Source of the DNA: Methanobacteriota archaeon
GTDB taxonomy: Archaea > Thermoplasmatota > Poseidoniia > Poseidoniales > Poseidoniaceae
NCBI GenBank assembly: GCA_002694585.1
Contig: NZMM01000091.1
Location: 1 to 32,000 of the forward strand
DNA: 32,000 nucleotides
Direction: 5' to 3'
Part shown: one piece after another, positions 7,513 through 15,584 of the stretch
How positions within the stretch are numbered: position 1 is the stretch's first letter
Layout of the letters: every line of letters starts with the position of its first letter
Position numbers and translations under genes: made by a program
The notes under the pieces: model-generated
What the model was told of the DNA's origin: nothing
The model's database searches: none
The model's input: only the letters and a program-made list of their open reading frames with translations

Positions 7513-8529
7513 ATGCGCTCTGGGGCACGCACCTTCATACTCGCCACCGTGCTCCTCGCCGGGTGTGGCTCTAGTACGGCGTCAACGTCGGTCCCCGCAG
7601 CGCCCATTGCGACGACAACCACCTCGGTAGCCACCGTGGGAGAACCCAAGGCCGAAGAAGTTGATGTTGCCAACAAGGCCGCCGCAGCCCCGGTGCTGCC
7701 GGTGACGGTCCTAGACCATGTTGGTAACGAGGTCACAATTGCAGCAGTCGATCGCATCATCCCACTCGACGGCACCGTCGCCGAGGTCGTTTTCGCGCTC
7801 GGACTCGGTGCCAACGTCGTTGCGACTGACCTCTCGGCCACGTACCCACCCGAGGCCGACGCCCTTCCGGAGATTGGGTACCAGCGGTCACTGACCGCCG
7901 AGTCGATCGCCAGGTTCGCTCCCACCGTGCTTCTCGCTACCGAGATCGCCGGGCCCGAGGGCGCGCTCGACGACCTCCGTCGCCTCGGCTACCCGCTGGT
8001 GATCGTCCCCAACGAAGCGTCACCGGAGGGCCCCGCTGCCAAGATTCGTGCTGTCGCTGCGGCGCTTGGTGTTCCCGAGCGCGGCGAGGTGCTGGCCGTC
8101 GAGCTGGAGACGACCATCGCCTCCAATCGTGTGGAATCCGCTGACGACCCGCCCATCGTGATCTCGCTCTACCTGCGCGGTGAGTCAACACAGTTCGTAC
8201 TCGGAGAGGCCTCCGCTACGCACTGGCTTATCGAAGCTGCTGGTGGGATTGATGCCGCCGACCTGCTCGGCATTGGGGAGGGGTCACCGGTCAACGCCGA
8301 GGCGATCCTCGCGATCGAGCCCGACATCATCCTCGTCCCCGATGCCGGTCTCGACTCAGTCGGTGGCATCGAGGGCCTGATGGATGTCGGCGGCCTGGGA
8401 CAGACCCCAGCGGGCCAGAATCTCGCCGTCATTAGTCGTGACGACCAACTCCTTCTCGGCAACGGTCCCCGCACCGGGGCGCTGCTAGCCGAGCTTCGTA
8501 CCGCCTTTGAGGAGCTCACCGCACCATGA
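7513..8529 (+). CDS. ABC transporter substrate-binding lipoprotein, heme/hemin (HmuT-like) class
   Basis: MRSGARTFILATVLLAGCGSS signal peptide with lipobox. Periplasmic-binding-protein pattern RIIPLDGTVAEVVFALGLGANVVATD...PTVLLATE. In an operon with a MhuD-like gene. Confidence 0.8.
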   Translation: MRSGARTFILATVLLAGCGSSTASTSVPAAPIATTTTSVATVGEPKAEEVDVANKAAAAPVLPVTVLDHVGNEVTIAAVDRIIPLDGTVAEVVFALGLGANVVATDLSATYPPEADALPEIGYQRSLTAESIARFAPTVLLATEIAGPEGALDDLRRLGYPLVIVPNEASPEGPAAKIRAVAAALGVPERGEVLAVELETTIASNRVESADDPPIVISLYLRGESTQFVLGEASATHWLIEAAGGIDAADLLGIGEGSPVNAEAILAIEPDIILVPDAGLDSVGGIEGLMDVGGLGQTPAGQNLAVISRDDQLLLGNGPRTGALLAELRTAFEELTAP

Positions 8530-9089
8530 ACACCGTCTTCGAACGACTCCGTCTCACCGTCGGTCTCGCACATGCCGTATCTGGAGCGACGCTGATCGTC
8601 GACACCTGCCAGGGCGACCGCCTCGAGGTCGGGGCCTCTCCGAACGCTGACCTGGACCTGTGCACGATGCGTCGCTCAGTGATCGGGTCGGCGCGGCTTG
8701 GGCGGCCCGACGATGCGTGGGCCGACACCAACCTCACGATCGGCGGTCTGCTGGATCGTCACCGCGGCGATATCCACCGCCGCCGGTTCGGGGCAATCGA
8801 GCACTGGTTCGCAACCCTGCTTCACCCCGGTCACGTTTTCGACCGAATCGAGAACCTCGATGCCGACCCCAACCTTGCGGCGCTCGTCGAGGTGAACCTG
8901 AAACCCGATCCAGGGCTCGGTGTGACCGTCGTTGCAGTCCGTGCGGTCGCAGGGGGCACCGAGGAGCACGTCGCCGAGGTCGCCGAGATCGCCTACGCCG
9001 CGTGCCTAGCTGACGAACTGGAATACGAGACGCAGACCCGTTCACTGAGAGCGACTGCCCGCACTCATGACAAGGAAGGCACCAGATGA
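8526..9089 (+). CDS. hypothetical cytoplasmic protein, paralog of 5918..6430
   Basis: ATGA overlap with the upstream stop (8526-8529) and with the downstream start (9086-9089). Paralogy blocks as listed for 5918..6430. Confidence 0.75.
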   Translation: MNTVFERLRLTVGLAHAVSGATLIVDTCQGDRLEVGASPNADLDLCTMRRSVIGSARLGRPDDAWADTNLTIGGLLDRHRGDIHRRRFGAIEHWFATLLHPGHVFDRIENLDADPNLAALVEVNLKPDPGLGVTVVAVRAVAGGTEEHVAEVAEIAYAACLADELEYETQTRSLRATARTHDKEGTR

Positions 9090-9406
9090 GCATCGTTCGT
9101 ATCAACGCCATCACCGTGCCGCCCGACGCTGGCAACGAACTAATGCGTCGGTTCGAGCAGCGAGTCGGTGAGGTTGAGACCATGAAGGGCTTCGAGAGCT
9201 TAGAGCTGCTGAGGCCGGCCGATGGCGACACCTGGTTCGTGTACACGCGATGGGCGTCCGAGGCCGACTTCCTCGGGTGGGTGAGTTCCCCCGCGTTCGC
9301 TCGGGGCCACGCCGAGGCCAGCGAGCAGCCGGTTGCGCACGGCGCTGAACTGTTGTCGTTCGACATCGTTCTCGAAGCAGCCCCGATTTCGAAAGACGCC
9401 GCATGA
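9086..9406 (+). CDS. mhuD: IsdG/MhuD-type heme-degrading monooxygenase (ABM domain)
   Basis: MSIVRINAITVPPDAGNELMRRFEQR...YTRWASEADFLGWVSSPAFARGH... parallels MhuD. The catalytic-type residues Asn7, Trp (GW) and His (RGH) are in the expected places. An AAGGAAGG RBS is present. Confidence 0.8.
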   Translation: MSIVRINAITVPPDAGNELMRRFEQRVGEVETMKGFESLELLRPADGDTWFVYTRWASEADFLGWVSSPAFARGHAEASEQPVAHGAELLSFDIVLEAAPISKDAA

Positions 9407-10830
9407 TGCGTTCCCTCCGCTTCACATTTGTCGGCGTCGCTGCGCTGGCCCTCCTCGCTGCGGCCTGTGGCAACAACGACGACGCTTTGGAGCCGGAATC
9501 GGCGTCCGCGTCTGCCTTCGCCGGCGTGTCAGCGTCAGAACCTGCGACCGAAATCACTAGCGATTCGACACCATTGAGTGAATCCGAACCCGCCGTAAAC
9601 ACGATCATTCACACCTTTGGCGAGACCGTTATTGAGGGCACGCCCCAACGAGTCATGACCCTTGGCTTCTCCGAGCAAGACCCCGTGCTCGCCCTCGGCG
9701 TTACGCCCATCGCCGTGCGCGAGTGGTTCGGCGAGTTTCCGTATGCCACCTGGCCCTGGGCGACTGACGAACTGGGCGATGGTACGCCTGACGTGCTCAC
9801 CATGGCCTTCGGCGAACTCAACTACGAGGCGATTGCTGGGCTCGCACCGGACCTGATCATCGCGACCCACGCTGGCATCACCCAGGAGGAGTTTGACATC
9901 CTCTCCGAGATCGCACCGACGATCCCCGAGGCTGCTGGCACCGCTGCCTTCAGCATGTCGTGGCAGGAACAGACCCAGGTGATCGGCGACGCTTTGGGGC
10001 TGAGCGAAGAAGCCGCCCAACGGATCCGCCTCACCCAGGCGTCGATTCTCGATGCCGCTCGTATCAACGACAACTTCGGTGGCGCCACCCTCGCCTGGCT
10101 CAATGCGAACGAGGGAGGTGAGTACTGGGTCGTCGGCGACACCCCACCTACACGCTTCTTCAGCGACCTGGGGTTCACCCGGAGCGCTGAGCTCACCGAG
10201 GCCATAGGCGATCTCGACTCGCTCCAGATCAGCGCCGAGCAACTCAACCTGCTTGACGTCGATCGGCTCATCATCGCCGCAGACCCCGTCACCCAGGGGG
10301 CGATCGAGGCCGATTCGCTATGGCAGAGTCTTTCGGTCTTCCAAGACGACCGCGTCGTCTGGGTTCCGCAAAGAAGTGAGCTCTTTGGGGCGCTCAGCTT
10401 CTCGACAATCCTGAGCGTGGAATTCCTCGTTGAGAAATTGGTCCCCCTTTTGGCCGAGCCCGGCTCAGCGGACACATCTGACGCCGAGCTCAGCCCTGAG
10501 GCGGAGGCGGCCATGGCTGCCTTCGCCCTGGTCTACGACAGCGAGGCGGCTTGGGAGGAAAAGGCCCTCCACCTCGAGAACGCAAGCTCGCTTGAAGCAA
10601 GCAACACCGTTTACCGGGAAGGTGCATCGAATAGCGGCGGTATCTCACTCAATCCCACCAGCGCCACTATCAACGGCGACGTGGCCACCATTATCTACGA
10701 CGTCTACTTCGGCGATAGCCCCGCATACACCGACCTCGATCGGGTAATCACTCGAGTCGACGGCGTGTGGGTCGTCACCGAAGAGGACTTCTGCGGCTTC
10801 CTGGCGTCGGCGCGCACCCCGTGCAACTGA
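9403..10830 (+). CDS. iron-siderophore-type ABC substrate-binding lipoprotein with an extra ~125-aa C-terminal domain
   Basis: LALLAAACGNNDD lipobox. TIIHTFGETVIEGTPQRVMTLGFSEQDPVLALGVTPIAV...PDLIIATHAG pattern. ATGA overlap with the mhuD-like stop. Confidence 0.85.
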   Translation: MMRSLRFTFVGVAALALLAAACGNNDDALEPESASASAFAGVSASEPATEITSDSTPLSESEPAVNTIIHTFGETVIEGTPQRVMTLGFSEQDPVLALGVTPIAVREWFGEFPYATWPWATDELGDGTPDVLTMAFGELNYEAIAGLAPDLIIATHAGITQEEFDILSEIAPTIPEAAGTAAFSMSWQEQTQVIGDALGLSEEAAQRIRLTQASILDAARINDNFGGATLAWLNANEGGEYWVVGDTPPTRFFSDLGFTRSAELTEAIGDLDSLQISAEQLNLLDVDRLIIAADPVTQGAIEADSLWQSLSVFQDDRVVWVPQRSELFGALSFSTILSVEFLVEKLVPLLAEPGSADTSDAELSPEAEAAMAAFALVYDSEAAWEEKALHLENASSLEASNTVYREGASNSGGISLNPTSATINGDVATIIYDVYFGDSPAYTDLDRVITRVDGVWVVTEEDFCGFLASARTPCN

Positions 10831-10887
10831 CCCCAACTCCTGAAGGGCCCTCCTAACCCCCTTCTGCAGGGCAACAGGCGGCATTCT

Positions 10888-10927
10888 CGCCCGCCGAGTC
10901 CGTAGCTGCGAGCGGACTCGGCGGGCG
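10888..10927. terminator. 15-bp perfect GC-rich hairpin without a U tract (possible factor-independent terminator)
   Basis: CGCCCGCCGAGTCCG (10888-10902) pairs with CGGACTCGGCGGGCG (10913-10927), 58 nt after the stop at 10830. Confidence 0.45.
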
Positions 10928-11027
10928 GTGTCGCGCTCAAACGAGCGCTGCTTCGACGGCAGAGCCGCCTTTTGCGACGGCGGAGGCGAGAACGGCACGA
11001 TGAAAGAGGCCATTTGACCAAGACGCA

Positions 11028-11639
11028 TTGCGGCGTGGTGGCCCGGAGTTACGGCATGCTGCAGGTGTGCAGGATCTCCTAACGGCATTCGGGCTGGTGT
11101 TCGTCGCCGAGCTTGGAGACAAGACCCAACTCGCGGCGGCTGGCTTCGCAACCCGCTATCAAGCTCGCCTAGTCGCGGCCGGCGTCGTTGTCGGCTACGT
11201 CGCAGTCAGCTCGATATCGGTATTGATCGGCGCCGTCGCCGGTGCCGCCTTTCCCACCCGAGCCGTAAACATCGCCGCAGCGCTCGTATTCATCATTGTC
11301 GGGTTCGCCACCCTGCGCGCCGGCGACCCCGATGCCGGCGCCCCTAAACAGTCAGGGAGCGGCCGAGCGGCGGTGGGCGTCGCCGGGTCGATCGCGCTGG
11401 CGATTGTGCTGGCCGAACTCGGCGACAAGACGATGCTTGCAACGATCTCGCTAGCGGCCAGCGGCGAAACGGTCGCCACATGGATCGGAGCGACGGCCGG
11501 CATCACCTCGGCGGGACTCCTCGGGGTCGTGTTTGGCGACGCCATCGCTCGACGGATGCCCCTGCAAGTCGTTCGGCTCGGCGCGGCGGCACTCTTTCTT
11601 AGCATTGGTCTCTTGGTCCTAACCGTTGAGCTCCGATAG
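11028..11639 (+). CDS. UPF0016 (GDT1/TMEM165) family cation (Mn2+/Ca2+) transporter
   Basis: The two signature motifs are present: AELGDKTQLAAAGF and AELGDKTMLATISLAA. The start is uncertain: the track start at 11028 is TTG, and GTG 11067 (VQDLLTAFG) is an alternative. Confidence 0.8.
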   Translation: MRRGGPELRHAAGVQDLLTAFGLVFVAELGDKTQLAAAGFATRYQARLVAAGVVVGYVAVSSISVLIGAVAGAAFPTRAVNIAAALVFIIVGFATLRAGDPDAGAPKQSGSGRAAVGVAGSIALAIVLAELGDKTMLATISLAASGETVATWIGATAGITSAGLLGVVFGDAIARRMPLQVVRLGAAALFLSIGLLVLTVELR

Positions 11640-11643
11640 CCTG

Positions 11644-11659
11644 GTTAGGTATACCTAAC
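11644..11659. promoter_or_regulatory. iron-box-like perfect 16-bp palindrome GTTAGGTATACCTAAC
   Basis: Lies 44 nt upstream of the GTG start of the siderophore-interacting protein gene. GGGAGAAG RBS at ~11688. Confidence 0.65.
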
Positions 11660-11702
11660 TGATCACAGCCTGATCAAAATACTCCGATGGGAGAAGTCGT
11701 CC

Positions 11703-12497
11703 GTGTACGCAGAAGTTCGCTCAGTTGAGCGCCTGACCCCATCGATGATTCGCATCGTCTTGTCCGGTGGTGAGCTCCACGCGTTCGAGCCCTCCTCCGC
11801 CACCGACGCGTATATCAACGCCCGATTTCTTCCATTGAACTCGCCAATCTCAGTGCCGTTCACCGACGACGACCTCGATGGCGTTGACGCAGAGCTGCGA
11901 CCAAAGCCACGACGCTTTACCGTACGACGCTGGAACGCTGACGCCTCAGAGCTGACCATCGACTTTGTTGCCCACGGTGACGTCGGCTTCGCCGGCAGTT
12001 GGGCACAACGCGCAAAGCCCGGTGACCGGCTTCAATTCTCCGGCCCGAGCGGCTCGTACCGACCTTCGATTGACGTTGATTGGCACCTCATGGTCGGCGA
12101 CGAATCGGCGCTGCCCGCAATCGGGGCAGCGCTCGAGGCAATAGAGCCCGGGCGGCAAGTCCAGGTTGTCGCTGTCGTCGACGACGCAGGGTGTGAACTT
12201 GACCTCCCGAGTCGAGGTGACGTGTCGATCACCTGGCTGCACCGGGAGGGCGTCGACGATATCGAGGCTCTACTTCCTAATTCCGTTGCGGCAATGACCT
12301 TTCCGGAGGGAAGTTTCGACGTCTTCGTTCACGGCGAGGCCGCAGAGGTGCGCGCCGTGCGTAAACACTTGCTCGCAGAGCGAGGCGTCTCCTCGGACCG
12401 TGCATCAATCTCGCCGTATTGGCGCCGCACCTACACCGACGAGGCCTGGCGGGAGATTAAGCGCGACTGGGTCGCTGACCAGGCCAACGACGTCTGA
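11703..12497 (+). CDS. siderophore-interacting protein (ViuB/SIP-type FAD ferric-siderophore reductase)
   Basis: RRFTVRRW...IDFVAHGDVGFAGSWA...GDRLQFSGPSGSY...LMVGDESALPAI...HGEA pattern of FAD_binding_9 plus SIP domains. Confidence 0.9.
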   Translation: MYAEVRSVERLTPSMIRIVLSGGELHAFEPSSATDAYINARFLPLNSPISVPFTDDDLDGVDAELRPKPRRFTVRRWNADASELTIDFVAHGDVGFAGSWAQRAKPGDRLQFSGPSGSYRPSIDVDWHLMVGDESALPAIGAALEAIEPGRQVQVVAVVDDAGCELDLPSRGDVSITWLHREGVDDIEALLPNSVAAMTFPEGSFDVFVHGEAAEVRAVRKHLLAERGVSSDRASISPYWRRTYTDEAWREIKRDWVADQANDV

Positions 12498-12540
12498 CAC
12501 CGCCATCCCGGCCAACGCCGGCCGCCCCCTCGGGAGACCC

Positions 12541-13218
12541 ATGAAAGACCGCACGGCCTTCAATGAAACCCTCACCTCCGTTGAGGACCTTGACAACCTC
12601 TACCGCGCTCCATCCCAGGGGGTGAAGGACAAGGAGACCGAAAGACTTGATCTGGGCTGTCGAGATTTCATTGCGATGTCGCCCTTCGTATTGGTGGGCA
12701 CGGTGAACACCGAAGGCGACCTCGACGTCTCTCCCCGGGGCGGGCCGACCGGATTCGTCAAGGTGCTCGACGAGTACCGGCTCGCAATTCCCGACCTTAA
12801 CGGCAACAACCGCCTCGATTCGATCCGCAACATCATCGCTAACGGCCGAGTTAGCCTGATCTTTTTGATCCCCGGTCTCGGCGAGACCCTGCGGGTTAAC
12901 GGTAGCGCATGCGTCACCACCGACGACTTAGTGCTGGATCTGTTCAGCGACGAATTCCGCCGGCCCAAGTCGGCGATTGGGGTGACCATCGAACACGGCT
13001 TCATTCACTGCGCAAAGTCGATCCGGCGCAGTGGGCTTTGGGAACCGGACACGTGGGCAAATCCAACGGCACTTCCGTCGGCGGGGCAGATCCTCGTCGA
13101 TCACATTGGAGCCGGCGATTTCATCACCGGCGCTCAACTCGACGAAGACTTAGCAAGGACCTACGCAAACGACCTCGCTGCCGACAGGCCCGGTGGGCCG
13201 ACAGCGAGCGGAGACTGA
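12541..13218 (+). CDS. pyridoxamine 5'-phosphate oxidase (PPOX)-class flavoprotein
   Basis: FVLVGTVNTEGDLDVSPRGGPTGFVKVLD...NRLDSIRNIIANGRVSLIFLIPGLGETLRVNG. Start taken at ATG 12541, because the longer track ORF overlaps the upstream gene. Confidence 0.8.
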   Translation: MKDRTAFNETLTSVEDLDNLYRAPSQGVKDKETERLDLGCRDFIAMSPFVLVGTVNTEGDLDVSPRGGPTGFVKVLDEYRLAIPDLNGNNRLDSIRNIIANGRVSLIFLIPGLGETLRVNGSACVTTDDLVLDLFSDEFRRPKSAIGVTIEHGFIHCAKSIRRSGLWEPDTWANPTALPSAGQILVDHIGAGDFITGAQLDEDLARTYANDLAADRPGGPTASGD

Positions 13219-13355
13219 GCCGACAGGGTCAATCGGCGGCGCCAACCGCCTTAGCCGGGGGCACGACCGTTGTCGGGTCACCGTCGATAGCCAGCTACAG
13301 CTCAGGAATGATCTCGTCGAGCACGAAATTGATACTCAGGGGACTCGCATAGCAA

Positions 13356-14150
13356 TCAGCTCGATGCTTGGGCGCGTGCCTCGCCAAGAAGTTCGATCAC
13401 AGCTGGGCGTGCCTGATCGGAATCGGTGAGTGGGTTAGCGAACGGCAACCTCGCCATACGCGGTCCGGCTGGGGTGTCTGCGGTAAGCGTCACCCCGTAG
13501 CGGTCGATTCCCACCATCTTCGCGTCGGTCGCATCGTCGAGACCGGCGAGCACCTGCACGTAGAGCAGGTTGGCGTCGCGATGGTCGTCATTCATGTGCT
13601 CGACGACGCCACCGGCGACCTCGGAAAGCGGATCGACCTCAGCTTCGGCATAGCCGTCAGCATCGACCCAGCTCATGTGACCGAAGCCACCGACGTAGCG
13701 GACCGACTCGACGTTGATGCGCCAGAAACCGAAGTCGGTGAAGTCGGCGTAATAGGACGCGTACGGATGCTTCTCGAGATAGCGATTACGGAGATCACCG
13801 GGCTGCTCAAGCATCTCGATTCGCCCGACGATGGTAAGACGGGCGTTCCCGAGCGGGTCACCGTCGCCGCTCATGTCGACCATGAGCATGCTCACTCGGT
13901 CGTCACCGCGAGCGTTGACCGTGTGCTCGGCCATCTCGCTAATCAGCACGATCGGCTGACCAACATCATCGGCTGCGTACGAAACAACGCTGCCGTATGG
14001 GTAGCCCGCTGCAGTCAAAGTCGACAGCGTCGCCATTCGGTTCGCGGCGACGAGCGTGCGAGACAACTCGGCGTCGATCGGAAAAGATGATGGATCACCT
14101 GCGATCGGTGGGCCCGCCTGGCCTCCACCATGTTCTTTCGGCCGACTCAT
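13356..14150 (-). CDS. HugZ-family heme utilization/oxygenase-like protein (PNPOx-like fold plus DUF2470-like C-terminus)
   Basis: ATLSTLTAAGYPYGSVVSYA...RLTIVGR...YADFTDFGFWRINVESVRYVGGFG...HMNDDH. AAGGAG RBS upstream of ATG 14150. Confidence 0.8.
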   Translation of the reverse strand: MSRPKEHGGGQAGPPIAGDPSSFPIDAELSRTLVAANRMATLSTLTAAGYPYGSVVSYAADDVGQPIVLISEMAEHTVNARGDDRVSMLMVDMSGDGDPLGNARLTIVGRIEMLEQPGDLRNRYLEKHPYASYYADFTDFGFWRINVESVRYVGGFGHMSWVDADGYAEAEVDPLSEVAGGVVEHMNDDHRDANLLYVQVLAGLDDATDAKMVGIDRYGVTLTADTPAGPRMARLPFANPLTDSDQARPAVIELLGEARAQASS

Positions 14151-14315
14151 GGGAATACTCCTTCGAGATCATCCAGAACCATATTCGCCGCTGCGACCCC
14201 ACCTTGCTGCCACGCCAACGGATCAACAACGAGGACGTTCCCCGATTCGGCTGCGCCGAGGGTCGAGTAGAGCGGATGGTCGAGCACTGAGGGGAGTGTA
14301 CAGAGTCCCTCGTAA

Positions 14316-15584
14316 ATGTTATTAGGACTACCTATCATCAGCGTAGTGAGCGTGACGGATGAGTCTTCTGTCGATGTCGGCCCAGGTGACGGTGTCTTGT
14401 CCAAGGTGTCCTGGGTCGCGCTCGCAGCCCTGATCGCAATGGTCGCCGCTTTGTTGATCTGGCCCGAGTCGATCCCCGAATTCCAGTTCTCGTGGTTCGA
14501 GGTGGTGGGCATCGTCGGCGTGCTGACCGGCGGACCGATCATGGCTTCGACGATGGCCCGCACACGCAGCCCCACCGCTGGCCCCCTGGTTCGCAACCAT
14601 GCCCTGGCACTTCCCTGCTCACTCGCGCTCTTTTCTTTGTTTGTCCTGTTGAGCCTGCGCTGTGGCTCACTCGAGATCGACAACGCCACCGCCTGGAATG
14701 CGCTCTTCGACTACGATGACCGCGTCCCAGGACAGATCGTGGTCCGGGAGTTGCGAGTACCCCGAACCCTCCTAGGAGCGGTCGCCGGCGCCTGCCTTGC
14801 CGTCGCAGGCGCTATCACTCAGGGCGTGACCCGGAACCCTCTCGGGGCCCCGGGCATCCTCGGGGTAAACACAGGCGCGTCATTCGCGATCGTGACCGCC
14901 ATCTTCGTTGGCGGCTTCGTATCCCCCGAAGGCTATGTCTGGTTCTCTTTCATCGGAGCGGCTGGCGCTGCAGTGCTCGTCTATGCCGTCGCCTCAGTCG
15001 GGCCGGGCGGCGCCACCCCAGTCAAGCTCGCCCTCGCTGGTGTCGTGATCACCGCCCTGCTTGGCGCCTGGACTACGAGCCTCTTGCTGCTGGACCAGGA
15101 GACGCTCGACCAAGCCCGCTTCTGGCTGGCGGGTTCAATTGCCGGGCGGGGCACCGACGAGATTGCGCTGCTATGGCCCATCATCGTCACCGCTCTGATC
15201 AGCGCCATGGCGCTCGGTCGGCAGGTGAACCTCTTGTCAATGGGTGAGGACGTCGCAGCAGGTCTCGGACAGCGCGTCAACTCCGTCCGGGCGATCTCAG
15301 CAGCGGTGGTCGTCGCCCTGGCTGGCGGTGCGGTTGCGATTGCCGGCCCGGTCGCCTTCATCGGCCTTGCGATCCCTCACATGGTGCGGTCGCTCGTGGG
15401 ACCCGACTATCGCTGGATAATCCTCTACAGCCTGGTTCTCGGCCCCTGCCTGCTCCTTGGCGCCGACGTCGTCGGTCGGGTCGTCGTCCGGCCGTCCGAG
15501 CTCCAAGTCGGGATCGTCACCGCAGCAATTGGAGCGCCGTTCTTGGTTTATCTCGTCCGGTTCACGAAGCTGGCAGAGCTGTGA
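14316..15584 (+). CDS. FecCD-family iron-siderophore/heme ABC permease with a ~75-aa N-terminal extension
   Basis: Typical FecCD core from ~aa 80 (MARTRS...LSLRCGSLEI...). The upstream 225 nt keep the coding-type third-position GC bias and encode two extra hydrophobic helices. Alternative starts are GTG 14346, ATG 14541 and ATG 14553. Confidence 0.8.
   Translation: MLLGLPIISVVSVTDESSVDVGPGDGVLSKVSWVALAALIAMVAALLIWPESIPEFQFSWFEVVGIVGVLTGGPIMASTMARTRSPTAGPLVRNHALALPCSLALFSLFVLLSLRCGSLEIDNATAWNALFDYDDRVPGQIVVRELRVPRTLLGAVAGACLAVAGAITQGVTRNPLGAPGILGVNTGASFAIVTAIFVGGFVSPEGYVWFSFIGAAGAAVLVYAVASVGPGGATPVKLALAGVVITALLGAWTTSLLLLDQETLDQARFWLAGSIAGRGTDEIALLWPIIVTALISAMALGRQVNLLSMGEDVAAGLGQRVNSVRAISAAVVVALAGGAVAIAGPVAFIGLAIPHMVRSLVGPDYRWIILYSLVLGPCLLLGADVVGRVVVRPSELQVGIVTAAIGAPFLVYLVRFTKLAEL
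14321..14336. promoter_or_regulatory. degenerate iron-box-like site ATTAGGACTACCTATC (12/16)
   Basis: Lies in the divergent region between the hugZ-like gene and the permease operon. It overlaps the first possible start (14316) of the permease ORF. Confidence 0.4.

Noticed and set aside
10930-11066. A yybP-ykoY Mn riboswitch upstream of the UPF0016 gene.
   Set aside because: Only a TTTGACCAAGAC-like word is present. The GGGGAGTAG element and the four-helix arrangement could not be found by eye. It is kept only as a low-interest note pending cmsearch.
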